A stretch of 64,000 bases of DNA from Lama guanicoe. Its lineage: Eukaryota. The notes under the pieces are model-generated. The model saw only the letters and a list, made by a program, of their open reading frames with translations. It was not told the DNA's origin and ran no database searches. The stretch is from positions 248,001-312,000 of the forward strand of contig MU053559.1 of NCBI GenBank assembly GCA_013239625.1. Direction: 5' to 3'. Of this stretch, positions 1-13,200 are shown piece by piece. Positions within the stretch are counted from its first letter, which is position 1; every line of letters begins with the position of its first letter. The position numbers were made by a program, and so were the translations under genes.

Positions 1-67
1 GGTTGGAGGTGAGCAGTGATGGGGGGAGGAGGGTGCTGACCTCATCTCTCTGCTCTCTCTACTCCAG

Positions 68-2158
68 GACAGTGGCAGTGGGGAGGAACAGGCGCTGTGT
101 GTCAGGAACCGTTCTGCTTTCGAGCAGCAACATCACCACTTGCTGCACTGTCTGGAGAAGACAACGGTGAGGCCTAATGAGAGGTGGCATGGCAGAACAA
201 AGAGGGCCTGTCCCTCTGCCACCAAGCCAGCTCCCTCCTGGGATGGGAGGCTCACTACTAATTGTGGAAATCACACAGGGCTTGCTGGAAGAGGCCCCAG
301 TAGAGCTGAGCCTTGATGGGTGGGCAAGGGAAGGGAAGAGAGAGTGATTTCCACAGAGGAAGGAGCAGCCTAAGCAAAGGCCGGGGGTGAAGGGGTGTGA
401 GGTCAGCTCCCGTGCAGTGCCTTGTGACCATACCTCCCTTCTGCCCACAGTGCCATGAGTTCACAGACGAGGTAACCTTCAGCGAGGCCCTGGGCGCCGT
501 CTCGTTGGGTGGCCGCACCAGCCGCAGCACCTCTGTGTCCTCCCAGCCAATGGGGCCCGGCAGCCTGCTATCCTCTTGCTGCCCCCGCCAGGCCAAGCGC
601 CGTGCCATCCGCCTTGCCAACTCCACTGCCTCAGTCAGCCGTGGCAGCATGCAGGAGCTGGACACACTGGCAGGGCTGCGGAGGAGCCCTGCCCCTCAGA
701 GGTAATAAGCACCCACCCCTGCTGTCCCCACTCCCCCCACTCCACGGAAGCTCAGAGCTTGGACCAGGGAGTGTGAGATTTCATACTCCAGGCCTAGCAA
801 GCCAAGCTCAAACCCAAAGGCCTCCATGCTGGAAGCTTGGGCTTATCTTGTCTGAAAAGCCTTTTTTCTTGTGTTCTTTCAACATTCATTGAGCACCTGC
901 TGTATGCTAGGCACAGTTTTCAGCACTTTGGCATTCACTTTAGTTTAGAAGTTTAGTTCACTTTAGGCAGCGAATGGAACAGACAGAAATCACTGACCTT
1001 ATAGAATTTAAATCCTAGTGGGATGAGACAGTCAAAAAACAAATGCACAGATGATGCAGTGTGTTAAGTGCCAAGGAGAAAAATAAATCAGGGATGGGGG
1101 ATAGAGAGTGTAAAACAAGGTGTGATGATGCAGGGTTTTTAAAAAATTTGGGGGGGGATTACATATTTATTTATTTTAATGTAGGTACTAAGGACTGAAC
1201 CCAGGAACCTACTCCACCACTGAGTTACACCCGTGCCTCTCCCCCCCCATTACAGCCCACCCCCCACCCCCTGATGTAGTTTTAATAGTGTGGTCAGGGA
1301 AAGCTTTGCTGAGGTGTCATCTGAGCTGACACCTGAAGGAGACGAGGGAATGAGCCATGTGGATATCTAGAGGAAGAGCTTTCCAAGCAGAGCAACCAGT
1401 CTGTGCAAAGGCCCTGAGGCGGGAATGGATCTGTACGTTACAGACACAGCCAGGAAGCTACTGTGAGTAGAGTGGAGCAAGTGAGGGGAAGAGTGGTTGG
1501 GGGTAAAATCAGAAAGGAGCAGGGACCAGGTTGTGTAGATCTTACTGTAGACTTCTGAGGACTCTCACACTCTAAGAAGTAACCACAATAGATAACACTT
1601 TTTATGAGTGTGCTAATTATGTTCCAGGCACTATTCTGAGCATTTTGTGTCACTTATTATCTCATTTAATCTCCACAACAACCCTATGAGGTAGGAAATA
1701 TTGTTATTCCTGTGCTACAGATGAGAGAAGAGAGGTTTAGAGCGGTTAAAGTGGGAGCAGGACTATCTGACTCCAGAGCCCTCACTGCACCACCATCATT
1801 GAGGGGGCAGGGGAAGCATATAGCACAGGGCCAGGGACCCACTGGGTGCTCAATAAATGTCATGATTGCTATGGCCAAGTATTAAGATGACTTTTTTAGA
1901 ACCTTCCATCTTCCCACCCTTATCCACAGCCGCTCAAGCCTCAATGCCAAGCCCCACGACAGCCTTGACTTGAACTGCGACAGCCGGGACTTCGTGGCTG
2001 CCATCATCAGTATCCCCACCCCTCCTGCCAACACCCCAGATGAGAGCCAACTTTCCTCCCCCGGCGGTGGTGGCGGTAGGGCCAGCAGCACCCTCAGGAA
2101 CTCCAGCCTGGGCACTCCTTGCCTCCTCCCTGAGACTGTCAAGATCTCTTCCCTGTGA
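68..2158 (+). CDS. KCND1: Kv4.1 voltage-gated K+ channel, last three coding exons (partial gene)
   Basis: AG/GT-bounded exons 68-166 (DSGSGEEQALCVRNRSAFEQQHHHLLHCLEKTT), 451-701 (CHEFTDEVTFSEAL...RGSMQELDTLAG) and 1930-2158 (SRSSLNAKPHDSL...ETVKISSL*). These match the Kv4-family C-terminus. Confidence 0.95.
880..1560. mobile_element. Old LINE-2-like fragment in the last KCND1 intron (interrupted by a SINE)
   Basis: L2-type text: 'ttcaacattcattgagcacctgctgtatgctaggcac', 'gagctgacacctgaagga', 'gtgcaaaggccctgagg'. Confidence 0.6.
1150..1245 (-). mobile_element. Diverged tRNA-derived SINE (Vic-1-like)
   Basis: 'gtactaaggactgaacccaggaacc...ccaccactgagttacacc' is the reverse complement of the SINE head seen at 36519 and 60611. 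Confidence 0.6.
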
Positions 2159-3298
2159 GGGGTGGGCCTGCCCATCCAGAAGGCCCTCTCAATTCTTAGG
2201 GACTCCTTTCCAAAGCCATATTTTGGGGAGGTAAGGAGGGGCAGGCCTGGGGACCCCTTCTGCCCCCCACTGAGAACTATGCAATGGAGTTTCATGGAAT
2301 GGCCCACCTGGTAGAGAGATAGCCAGGGAATGGGAACTCCCCCAACCCCAGACGGGTTTCCTGGTAGGAGCTGAAGCACTGGGCTTCCTTGGGCCTCCAG
2401 CCTCCTTGTGCCAGCACACTGGGACTCGCCCCTCTACCCCAGCTGGCCTCCTGCATGCCCCTCCCCTTGGGAGCTCTGGCTCGAGAAGGAGAAGTAAGCC
2501 TTCCTCTTCTCTCTGGCTGAACTGTGGAGGTTTCGGGGCTCAGGGAAGAGAACCCACTCTTCTGATCTGGCCTCCAGGAGAAGTCCTCACCCTCCACCAG
2601 GCCCAACTACTCCCAGATTCCAAAGCTTGGAATGCAACCACAGGCTTCACCGGCTGTGGCCTCAGCAGTGACTGGCCGCCTCTAGGCTTTGGCTCAGGGG
2701 TTAGGCTGCCTCTCCCAAGACACACAGATAGCACAAACACTAACCTTCCTTCCCTGGCTGCTGGAAATGGGTCCCTGCAACTCCGTCCTCCACTGGGCCC
2801 CCAGCAAACTCTAGCAATAGCAGCTGCTGCCGTGACATTATGCAAAGCCTCTGCGCAGTTTGCTGCAGCATTTACATGTGCCCTAATCATAGGGGCCACC
2901 TCTAACTACTCCTCCTTCTCTCTCCTCTGGTTTGCTACCTTCCTGGGTTGGGCTGGAGTCTGGACTGGCTGAGATAAAAACCGGCAGCCAGCAAGAGCGA
3001 GGCTGTGTTGGGAGATTATGGGTGGATTCCATGTTCTTGGGCAGGAGTCCAGAAGTGTCAGGGGCTGAGGCCTGGGTTGTTCCTGAACTCTGGGAATTGT
3101 AGGAGGTAGGAGGAACTTCTTGATCTCCTCCTCCCCCACAACGCCTTTTCACAGATTCCTCTCTCTTCTCCCTCTTGGGTCACCTTCCTGAACTCTGTGT
3201 CTGCTCTCAGGCTGAAATCTGGCATCATCTCAGGTTCCCTGTCCCCAGCACTGTCCCTGTGGAGCTGGTGGCTGACAACGATGTATTTTCCATCAGTC

Positions 3299-3304
3299 AA
3301 TAAA
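3299..3304 (+). terminator. KCND1: Candidate KCND1 polyadenylation signal AATAAA
   Basis: AATAAA about 1.1 kb downstream of the stop codon; usage not demonstrated. Confidence 0.5.
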
Positions 3305-3899
3305 AACTGAGAGGAGAGATGAGAATGAGAACCTCCTGGCTCTGTGGGTTTGGGGGCTGGGTTGGGCTGGGGGGTTAAAAATGCTCAGATTTCAATTCCT
3401 TTCATCTAGTAGAAGGGCTGTTGTGGGGAAAGGTATGGGAGGTGGATGGTTGGTGGTGTGTTTTGGAAGATGGGGATCTAGGAGAAACGAAAGAGGGTGC
3501 TTGGAAGAGTTAAATCTACAGCCAGTGAGGGAGGCTAGTAGTCCTGAGAATGCCCCCTGGACATAATCTGCTCCAGCTCCCTCACTCACAGATGGGGAAA
3601 CTGAGATCCAAAGCAGCACATGCTTGGTTAGAGGAGACTTAAACTCAGGCTTCCTGACAGCAAACAGCTCTGAATTGAACCCTGAAGAAAATCACCCCTC
3701 AGTGTGGCAAATTCGCCTTCCTTGTGGATGTCCCCTACCTATATTCTTTCTTATGGGCTACTGGATACACTAGACTAGTGCGACTGAGCTCTGTGGAGCA
3801 CCAGGAAGACAGGCCTCGGATTCAGGTTGACCTGGGTTCTAATCCCTGGGTGAGAGAATTACTTATCTTCTTTTGCTTCAGGATGCTAATCTGTGAAAT

Positions 3900-4830
3900 A
3901 GAGATGATCATTCATTTAGTCACCAAATATTTCTTAACTGCATATCACGTGCTAGCCCTAGGGATACCAAGATGGGCAAAACAGACATCCCCTCTGATCT
4001 ACAAAGGTGACAGTGGAAGGCAATTGAGTATTTACAATATAGTGCAGTAGAACCAAGATGGATAGGTTACAGAGGCATGTAGATGGCAGGAGAACCTAAC
4101 CTGACCAGAACAATGAGTTGGGAGTTGGCCAGGGAAAAGACAAAAAGAGTAAAAATATTTTAGGCAGAGGGAACAGCATGTGCAATGACCTGAAGGTTAG
4201 AGAGTGAGCACAGGGCCTGGAACTGAAGTAGTTCAGCACAGCCCAAGAGGAGAGCGTGAGGCTGTGATGAGGGTGAGGATGGAGCAGTAGGCCAGACCAC
4301 AAAAGGCTTTTGAAGCTTTGATACAGATTTCGACTTCATCCTAAGGATGATGGGGACCTCAAGGCTTTCACACAGGAAAGTGATCATGAGGTTTGTGTTT
4401 CAGAGGGATTATTCTGTGGGGAGTGGATTATAGAGAACCAGTCCTGGAGGGAGGAAAAAACAGTGAATAGGCTTTTGCAGTAGTCCAGTTGGTAGATGAT
4501 GGTGGCTTAGACCAGGTAGTGGCAGTAAGAGTTGGAAAGTCAAGAGATTTCAGAGGTAGAATTGGCAAGATTTGGGATTGACAGGTATGTGGGAGTTGAG
4601 GAAGAGGGAGCAGTCAAGGTTGACTCCAGGTTTCTGTTTTGGGCAAAGGCTGGAGGGGGCCATTCATTCACTATCAAAGGGAATGTCAAAGCTGTTAATT
4701 GCACAGTGACAGGCAGATAGTAAGTACTTGGTGAAGGTTAACTACAATTATTCTCATAAGTTCAGTTTTAGATGTGTGGCGCTGGACAAATATCCAGTAG
4801 GGAGTGGGATATGTGGGTCGAGTGAGATGC
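3900..4830. mobile_element. LINE-2-like fragment
   Basis: 'tcattcatttagtcaccaaatatt', 'gcagagggaacagcatgtgcaa', 'gatgatggtggcttagaccagg'. Confidence 0.55.
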
Positions 4831-5599
4831 TCATGAGAAGATGCAATGTGATAATGTGCATAGGCATTTGGCACAGTGCCCCAAACACAACAAGCCCAGT
4901 AAACGCGAGTCTTCTCCTCCCATTAAGGCTCATGAGCAGAAAACACCACTATAGTCTGTTTATTACTGACACCCTTCAGGAATGATCTTCAACTAGAGTT
5001 GGCATCTTAAGGGAGATTAAGTGGCACTCAGAAGAGCTTTGTGATGGCCTGTTGTATACCTTGGCTTATGGGACAGGCAGGGAGCCTTCACCTCTCACAA
5101 CACCTTGGTTCATGAGCTCATCTGAACTTCCTAACTACTGGCTGAGGTAGTCTGGGTAGGCATTAATATTCCCGTTTTACACGTGGGAAACCTCAAATTT
5201 GAGACACAGTGACTTGCTCAAAGTTATGCAGTTGGTAATGGTCCATCTGTGCCTGGAACTAAGGTCTTCCAGACTCCAAAACCTGGGATCCTTTCCATTG
5301 CACCGCCATACAGATTAATTTATTGGGCACTTACTATGTTCCAGGCACAGCACCAGGCCCTTTCCAAGTATTAACCTCTTATTCTTATATTGGAATTATC
5401 ATTGCCATTTTACAGAGAAGTGGAAATTCAGGATGGGGTGGGTGTCAAACGACTAGCCAGGATTAGCTCGCCATCCTTTCAATAGCATGAATTTTCCCAA
5501 TCTCATTGCGAGATGCTGGTTGATGACAGAGCTGGTTCATAAACTTTGCTCGATTCAGGTAAAGTCAGTTCCAGGGTAGGGGGCCAAAAAAAGGAAAAA

Positions 5600-7250
5600 A
5601 ACGGGGGTAGGGGAAAAGGCTGTGCCGCGCCTGCGCACTAGCCACAGGGGCGAGGAGGTCAACGCGAGGGCGAGAGCGCGGTGGTGCTAGAGAGGGCGTG
5701 TCTACTTCCCAAACACCCGCTGTCCCCACGGTGTCCGTCTGTCCCAAGGTTGGCCCGTCCAACGTGAGAGACGGCATCTCTTAACCAATCACGCAGAGCT
5801 CGGCCTGTTGCCAGGGTGAAACGGCGCCCGCCTCTCCACCGGAAGTGGATTTGCAGGTAGGTGGAACAGGAACTGACGCTTTAGGGGCTTGCTAAGCCCT
5901 GGGAGTGTTGATATTTTCCAGTCAGTCCGGCTGACTGCGGCCAAGTTGGAAGCCCGGAAGGGAGGTGATTTTAAAATTGTCGCTCGTGGGGCATGCCACA
6001 CTGTCCTGTCGCAGAACCCACGCCTGCGAGGCAGAGCCCCGGGGAGAGAAGTTAAGAGCGGGACGGGCCGACGAGAGGAAAGGCAAGGAACGAGGGTGCC
6101 GACATTGACTGAAATCTGAGACGGTGGGCAGGGAGGGCGAACGTTCGCTTCTGATTGGCCCGTGGCTGTCATCGAGGACCCACGCAGCCGCTTTGATTGG
6201 TTGGTGCTCGCAATTGTTGTGGTGGCGGCGAAGATTTTGCCCACGTACTTCCGAACGAGAGGCGGGGCTGTGCCCCGGCGCGCGTGCGCAACTCCCGGGG
6301 CCCCACCCGGTAGTTCAAGAACCTGCGAGGGGGCGGGGCGAAGAGGTGCTTGTTTTGGTTGTTTCCTTTGAAGCCGAAGGCCGGAACGAACGTAGCAATA
6401 ACTTGCTGGACTTGGAGCGAAGGCAACGACAGGCTCGCCGCGGTGCCTTCATCTAGGACATCACATCCGGGTTCTGCCTTGTGACCCTCGCACCGCCGAC
6501 GGTTCGAGAACCGGTGCTGTGATCTCTTTATCCGGGTCCCGCCGATCCCGTCGTGCTTCGCGCACCACTGTAGCCCCCTCATCCGGGTCCTCTCCCGGCG
6601 TGCCCCGCGTCGGGTTTGCTGGGGGGTACTCGGTGCTGCCGCCATGACTATTCTCCCCAAAAAGAAGCCGCCGCCACCCGACGCCGACCCCGCCAATGAG
6701 CCGCCGCCGCCCGGGCCGCTGCCCCCGGCGCCGCGCCGCGGCGGGGGTGTTGGAGTGGGCGGCGGCGGCACGGGCGTGGGTGGCGGCGACCGCGACCGTG
6801 ACTCGGGCGTCGTGGGGGCCCGTCCCCGGGCCTCGCCACCGCCTCAGGGCCCGCTCCCGGGGCCACCGGGTGCGCTCCACCGCTGGGCGCTGGCCGTGCC
6901 GCCCGGCGCCGTGGCGGGCCCCCGGCCACAACAGGCCTCTCCTCCTCCTTGTGGGGGCCCCGGCGGTCCCGGCGGCGGTCCGGGTGACGCGTTGGGTGCA
7001 GCAGCAGCGGGCGTGGGCGCGGCGGGCGTGGTGGTGGGCGTGGGCGGCGCCGTGGGCGTGGGCGGCTGCTGTTCAGGGCCTGGCCACAGCAAGCGGCGGC
7101 GTCAAGCCCCTGGGGTTGGCGCGGTTGGCGGGGGCAGTCCGGAGCGTGAGGAGGTCGGCGCAGGTTACAACAGTGAGGACGAGTATGAAGCGGCTGCAGC
7201 TCGCATCGAAGCTATGGACCCCGCAACCGTCGAGCAGGTATGGGCGGGGG
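5600..7250 (+). promoter_or_regulatory. OTUD5: OTUD5 CpG-island promoter and exon 1
   Basis: Very high CpG density; CCAAT/ATTGG boxes near 5785, 6154 and 6196; ETS-like CCGGAAG motifs; GC boxes. Confidence 0.85.
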
Positions 7251-10200
7251 GTGACAGGTGAGTGGGTGTGGTGGATGGGATCCCCAAATTGGGTAGGGAC
7301 TTAAGGAGGGCTCTTTGAGGTCGTTTCAAGGGGTCTACATTTTCTCTCAGAGCCTGGTACTTCTTTTCCCTGCTGGTGGGTGCGTGAAACACCCTCTTCC
7401 CTCAGCCAAGGATTTGGGGTTAGGGGCCCCACATAAGATAGACGATTTAAAGATGGGGTCTGTGGTCTTTTCTAGGACCCATCGTTGTTACTCTGGGCTG
7501 TGGAATCTCATCATGTAGGGCCAATAGGTGGAAACTCCCCAGGAGAGACAGGCAGGATGGAATGCCTCGAGAGCGGAGTCTCATGATTCTCCAGAGGACT
7601 TTGGTCTGTGTTTGGTGGCTTGACATTTGTTTTCCTCTGGGATAAGAGTCTAGGAGTCCCCCTCCAAGTAAGACAAGGTGGAGACATTAGAGATGTCTGA
7701 GTGTCCCCAGGATACCTAAACCCTTTCAGGGGTCTGAGGCACTATGAAGGACAACCCCTACCTCCTTCTCAGGGGGGTACAGCACAGGACCACACAGCAG
7801 TGAGGTCTTAGATTCCTTCCAGAAATCAAGGTCCTGACACACACCATATGCATATCCCCCTAAGATTCCCTTCCCCTTTGGGGACAAAGGTCAAAACCAA
7901 CACCCTGGAACCAGAAACTCTGCTAGGGTAAATGAGATCACCTTGTAAGTGACAAGGATCTGTGCTTCCTTTCAGTAGTCTGAGACTTCCTTGGAGATAA
8001 GAGTGTGAATCCCTCTCTAGGAGCTTACGCTTCTTTTAAGGGCTAGACCATCCTCCCTCCCAGACCTGAGCCTTTCTTCAAGAAAATGAGGCTCACTGTT
8101 TTGAATACTGGAGCCTAGGGTTCCTGCTGCTTATGGACTGGGGCTTTCAGAGACTGGGTCTGAAGCGGGAGACTGATAGCCCTCCACAGAAGCCTTTAGG
8201 GGATTTTTCTCTTCAGGGACTGGTGTCTGAGTGTTCTCTTTGGGGATCTAAGACCCACTGTGCCAAGGACACTTGAGCTCACCACTCTCAAGGACAAGAG
8301 ACCCATACATACCTCAGTGACCAGTGTGTCTCTAGAGATGAGGTCCAGGTTACTCCTTCAAGGAACTTAAGTTACTTCTCAGGAACAGGAGGATTCCCCC
8401 CACCAGAATTGAGTCCTGAGACCCCCTCCCTTGGGGTCATGGATAGAGTCCCTGGGGAGTAGGGTCCTGAGTCTCCCCTCTCAAGTTTGAACTTTCCCTC
8501 AGGTGCGTGAGACACCTCCCCCACCTTGGGACCTGAGACTTGAGCCTACCCTGAGAGTACTGTCACCCCACTTCAGACAGCATATGTACACCCCAGTCAT
8601 AGAGGCCTTTTAGAGACATAAAATTTCCTGCTTTGGTGACTCGAGCCTAAGCCCACCGTCCACTTGTGAACCAAGTCCTGAGAACTGCTTGTTCCCTTGG
8701 GGACATGGGTAAGGTGAGATTCTGAGGGAAAGAGTCTGAGCCTCCTCTCAGGGGCCTGAGCTTCCCCTCAGGGACAAGAGATCTTTCACCTTAGGGAAGG
8801 GTTTGGGTCCCTCACCCCTTTGGTGTGAGGTCCTTCTCAGTGTGGCCTGAGACCTCTTCCATTGGGCAGAAAGACCTGGGTGTTTTTCACAGTCTTAAGA
8901 ACCTCCTACCTGAGGCGGCTCAGGCTGGGAAGTTCCCCTTACTTTCTATGAGAAGGTTGTCAGTTACTGAGGAAGACTGAAGTCTCTTCTCAAGAACCAG
9001 AAGATATTCTGAGTCTCTCCCTGACCCAGCTGTGCTTCCTTCCCATTTCTAGGATCAGGGAAATATTCTGAGCTTCCTGAATTGCTTTCAATAAGCCTGT
9101 TTCTTACTAGAGACAGAGAATGGGTTTGGGACACTCCCACTCCAGGGAAATTCTCCACCCACATTCCTCTCCCCCTTTGCTCAGGTGAATCTTTTTGTAC
9201 TTTACAGGGGCCAGGATCTTGTCTTTAGTCCCTTTCCTTGTTCCCTTTCCACCCATTACTACTCCAGGCAGGATAAAACATCTGCCAAGGTCAGGACCAG
9301 GAGTTGCTGGTTAGGGTAAAATGTGCCTTTTCTTCTCCGCTGAAATAGGAGTGATACTTCCCTGGTCCCAGGGACAGAGAGGAAGAGAAAGTCACGTGCT
9401 GCCATGGTGACTAGAAAGACACCTCCTGAGACCCCCATTGCACCTTTTAGGCTGAGAGTCCCTCCCTTGTAATTGTCCCCCTAAGAACATGGAAGTAAAG
9501 CTCTGTGGTTGTATGATACCTTCCCTTCCCAATGACAGGGGGGAGGCTTCCGTGTCCTCCCGCTTCTTGGGACAAAAGGAGGAAGAAGATGCATCTCCTT
9601 GCCTCCCCTGGTTCAACTTGGGGTTGAAAGAGGGAAGATTCTTCCTGGTGCCCCAGTCTTGGTCCTGAATCATCACTGGGGGCATTTGTAACCTGGAGGC
9701 CAATTAGATCCCTTGGGAAAGAGGGGAGTTGTTGAGAGGGATCCCAGATGGTGAATGTGGTCCTTGTTGTGACTACTCAGACTTCCTGTCTGTCCTGATG
9801 CTGTGACTGTATCTCTACTGCCTTTAGGAGCCCTTCTGGCACCCTGGGGTCTCAGTGCTGGGAAGGTGGTGTTGTCAGGGGTTTCCTTTCTCAGGCATGG
9901 CTGCCTTGCCGAGAGTCTCCTCTGTGCAAAGAATGACTTGAAAGTGTCCTGAGCTTGAGGACCCCACAGAGCATTTTAAGAAGGGGACCCGTGTGCTGAT
10001 GTGGTAGGAGAAATTGAAACTGGCACTGTAACCAAGGTACTTGGGTTCCCATTCTGGCTCTGCTGGGGCTTTGCTGGATGAACCAGGAAAGTTCTTGTTG
10101 TGCTCTCTGGGCCTCAGTTTCTTTGTTGGTCAGGTAAGGAGCTGGTGAGGAGGTATCACTTAGCTTTGGGATTTTAAAGAGCTCACACCAAAGCCCTTTG

Positions 10201-13200
10201 AACCTGGAGGTGACAGAGAATGGTGGGTGTCTTTTGAGGAAGAGCTGGGTTCCTCCCCTCTCTCCTCTGCCCCTCTGTTCCCTCCCAGCTAACGAAGCTT
10301 GGTGGTCAGGACAAGCGCCCTGGTCAGTGTGAGGCTCAGGGTTGGTGAACAGTGATTTTTGTGGTTGCTGGACTGTGGTGAATAAGCTCAGGGGTTGCCT
10401 GTTGGATGGTATAGAGTTAAGAGTCGTGTGTAGAAAGAGCTTAGGCTTTGGAGCTGGGTGGGCCTGAGCTCAGACCCCAGGGTCTCCTGCTTAGCTGCCA
10501 AAAGTCCACCCATGCCAAGGGTTATTGAGAGTCTGAATACCTGACCTGGTCCACCTCATATCTTGGCTGATTCTTTTCTTGCAGTTTCCCCAGGATCATC
10601 TGGGTTCTTCTTAAGAGCCTTTGCAACAACTGATTTTTGTTAGCAAGGACCCATTTGGCATCTAGGAACCTACTGATTTGTCTGGGGAGGAGGCAGATTG
10701 GTATTGCAGGAAGTGGTCCCTGCCTGGTGGTCTGGGTTTGAGTCCTGTATCTTCTGGCAGTTCCCTTTTCTGGGCCTCGGTTTCTCCATCCATAAAATGG
10801 GTAATGGTGAAGAGGGAGGTTGGACTCATTGTTCTGAAGCTACTTGTATTCTCTTTAATTCCCTGCTTCCTACCCCCTTTGAGTGGGGCCCCTTGGCTTT
10901 TGTGGGTGTGCTATGAAGTTTCAAGCAGTTATCGGCTTCCCTCTCCCCAGCCAGTGCTGTAGGCCCTTGTGTGTATGCTTCTTTTTAAACAGGTTTATTG
11001 AGATATAATTCACACATCATACAGTTCACCAGTTTAAAGTGTGCAGTTCAGTGGTTTATGTTTATGTTCACAGAGTTGTACATCCATCACCACAGTCAAA
11101 TAATTTTAGAACATTTTCTTCACCTCAAAAAGAAAGCCTACATCATCATCATCATCATCATCCTCCAGTCTTCTCATCCTCTGTCAGCCCCTGGCAACCA
11201 CTAATCTACTTTTTGTCTTGATTGATTTGTTTATTCTGAACATTTCACATAAATGGAATCATACAGTATGCAGTCCTTTGTGACTTGCTTCTCTCACTTG
11301 GCATAACGTCAAGGCTCATCCGTGTTGTGGCACGCATCAGTACTTCATTGCTTTTTGTTACAGAATAATAGAATCTTCGTTTTTTAAATACCACCCCCTC
11401 ACCCCCCACCCTCACAGTGGTCTGGCAATAGGTTTGGGACCTTGCTCTTTTCTGATTCCTCTGCCCTGGAGAGCTTGTGTTAATCCTTGGAGAGCAGTAT
11501 GTCTGTGTTTCTCATTGGATGAGTTTGCCTATGTTTAGCCCGTGGAGCCGAGCCAGTGTTCCTGGGTGTTTGAGGGGGAGAGAGGGGTGGTCTTGGCACC
11601 AGGCTTGCTGGGACAGAGCTGTGAAGCCCAGAATACTAAACATCTCTTGGCCATGGGCTCTGGGAAGACATCTGTCCATGAGCTGCCACTGCTGCTGCCA
11701 TCTCCCCCTGCCTCCTCCCCACTTCAGTGGCAACTCATTCATTGATAGGCAGGGTCAGCAGCTTCCCAGGCTGGGAGGGAGGATTCCAGACCCCTGCAGC
11801 CTTAATTCTAACCCTTTCCCTAGAAGGATGCTAATGAGATGGGTCCTGGGGGATGGGAGCCATGCCATGTTGCCCAGGGCTCACACCAAGGAGTGCTACA
11901 AGGCGGTTGTAATCATTTCCTGTGGCTGCTGTGACAAATTACCTGGGTGGTTTAAAATAACAGAAATTTATTTTCTCATAGTTCTGGAGGCCAGAAGTCC
12001 AAAATCAGTTCTACTGGGCCAAAATCAAGGTGTTGGCAGGGCCACACTCCATCCAGAGGTTCTGGGGGAGAATGCAGTCCTCTTCCAGCTTCTGGTGGCT
12101 GCCAGCATTCCTTGGTTTGTGACCACATCACTCCAACCGCTGCCTGGCTTCTGTGTATGGGTGGTCTCCTGTTCTGTCTGTATCATGTCTTCGTTGGCTG
12201 TTCTAAGGACACTCGTGATTGCATTTAGGTCTTACCTGGATACTCCAAGATAATCTCCACATATCAAGATTTTTAACCACATTTGCAAAGACCCCCTTTC
12301 CTTATGAAGTAACATTTACAGGTTCCAGGGATTAGGGCCTGATACCTTTGGGTTGTCGTTATTCAGCCTACTACAAGGGTGTTCTTGTTTGCCTTCCAGA
12401 GAGAGGAAGAGAAATCATTAAGTGCTCTCCTACTGGGCAAAGTCCTGTAGTATTTGTTTGTTCTATATCCCTATTATTGGGAGGTTTGTTATCCCATTTC
12501 ACAGATTGGAAAACTGTAGCTCAGAGCAGTTCATCACATGGTTAATTGAGGGGATTGGTGGAACTGGATTGGAACCTAAGTCACTTGGGTCCCACAGCTT
12601 GCTTCAACTTCTCTTGTGCCTTTGGACCAGTAGATTGCAGAGTCTTGCATCTAGGATTCCCTGGTGTCAGAGAGCTTTGCCTGGCCCCTTTCTGGAGGCT
12701 CAGAGGTAGGGAGGGAGTTACCCACAGGCTTAGCAGTGGTCTTGCAAGATTCAAGATCTGGACTTGACTTTCTTAGGCCAGAGCATTGATGTAGCTTAAA
12801 TGTATCCGTGGTTGGGCCAGCTCTCACCTCTCACTCCCATCAGCTCTTTCTTCCTGGGCCATTTTCCTGAACAACTTTTAAGTTGGCACCTACCTTGGAG
12901 GCTTCTGTCCAGCTAGGGGAAGGAAAAGACTGTGCTAGAAGCGGGACTCTGAGCTCTTTTTGGAGTCCAGGATCATGACCTCCCTGTTTCCTCCCCTCAG
13001 AGAGACAGAAAGGGTTCTGGAGCCCAGTCTCCAAAGGCTGCTGGTGCCAAAGCCAGTGGGTGGCTGGTGTTCTGACCTCCAGATCCAGGCCCAGATATCA
13101 GTCTGGCTGCCCTTGCACATGCTTGTGCGGAGAGTGTGCTCAGACCTCCATTTTTAGGGACAAACCAGGATTTTCTCAGGAGGGGCTGCCAGGTATATCT

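Noticed and set aside
5789..7304. Multiple long overlapping ORFs around OTUD5 exon 1
   Set aside because: Expected from stop-codon scarcity in a very GC-rich CpG island.
11477..12253. 258-aa ORF in OTUD5 intron 1
   Set aside because: Non-ATG start, half overlaps a MaLR LTR, and no recognisable domain.
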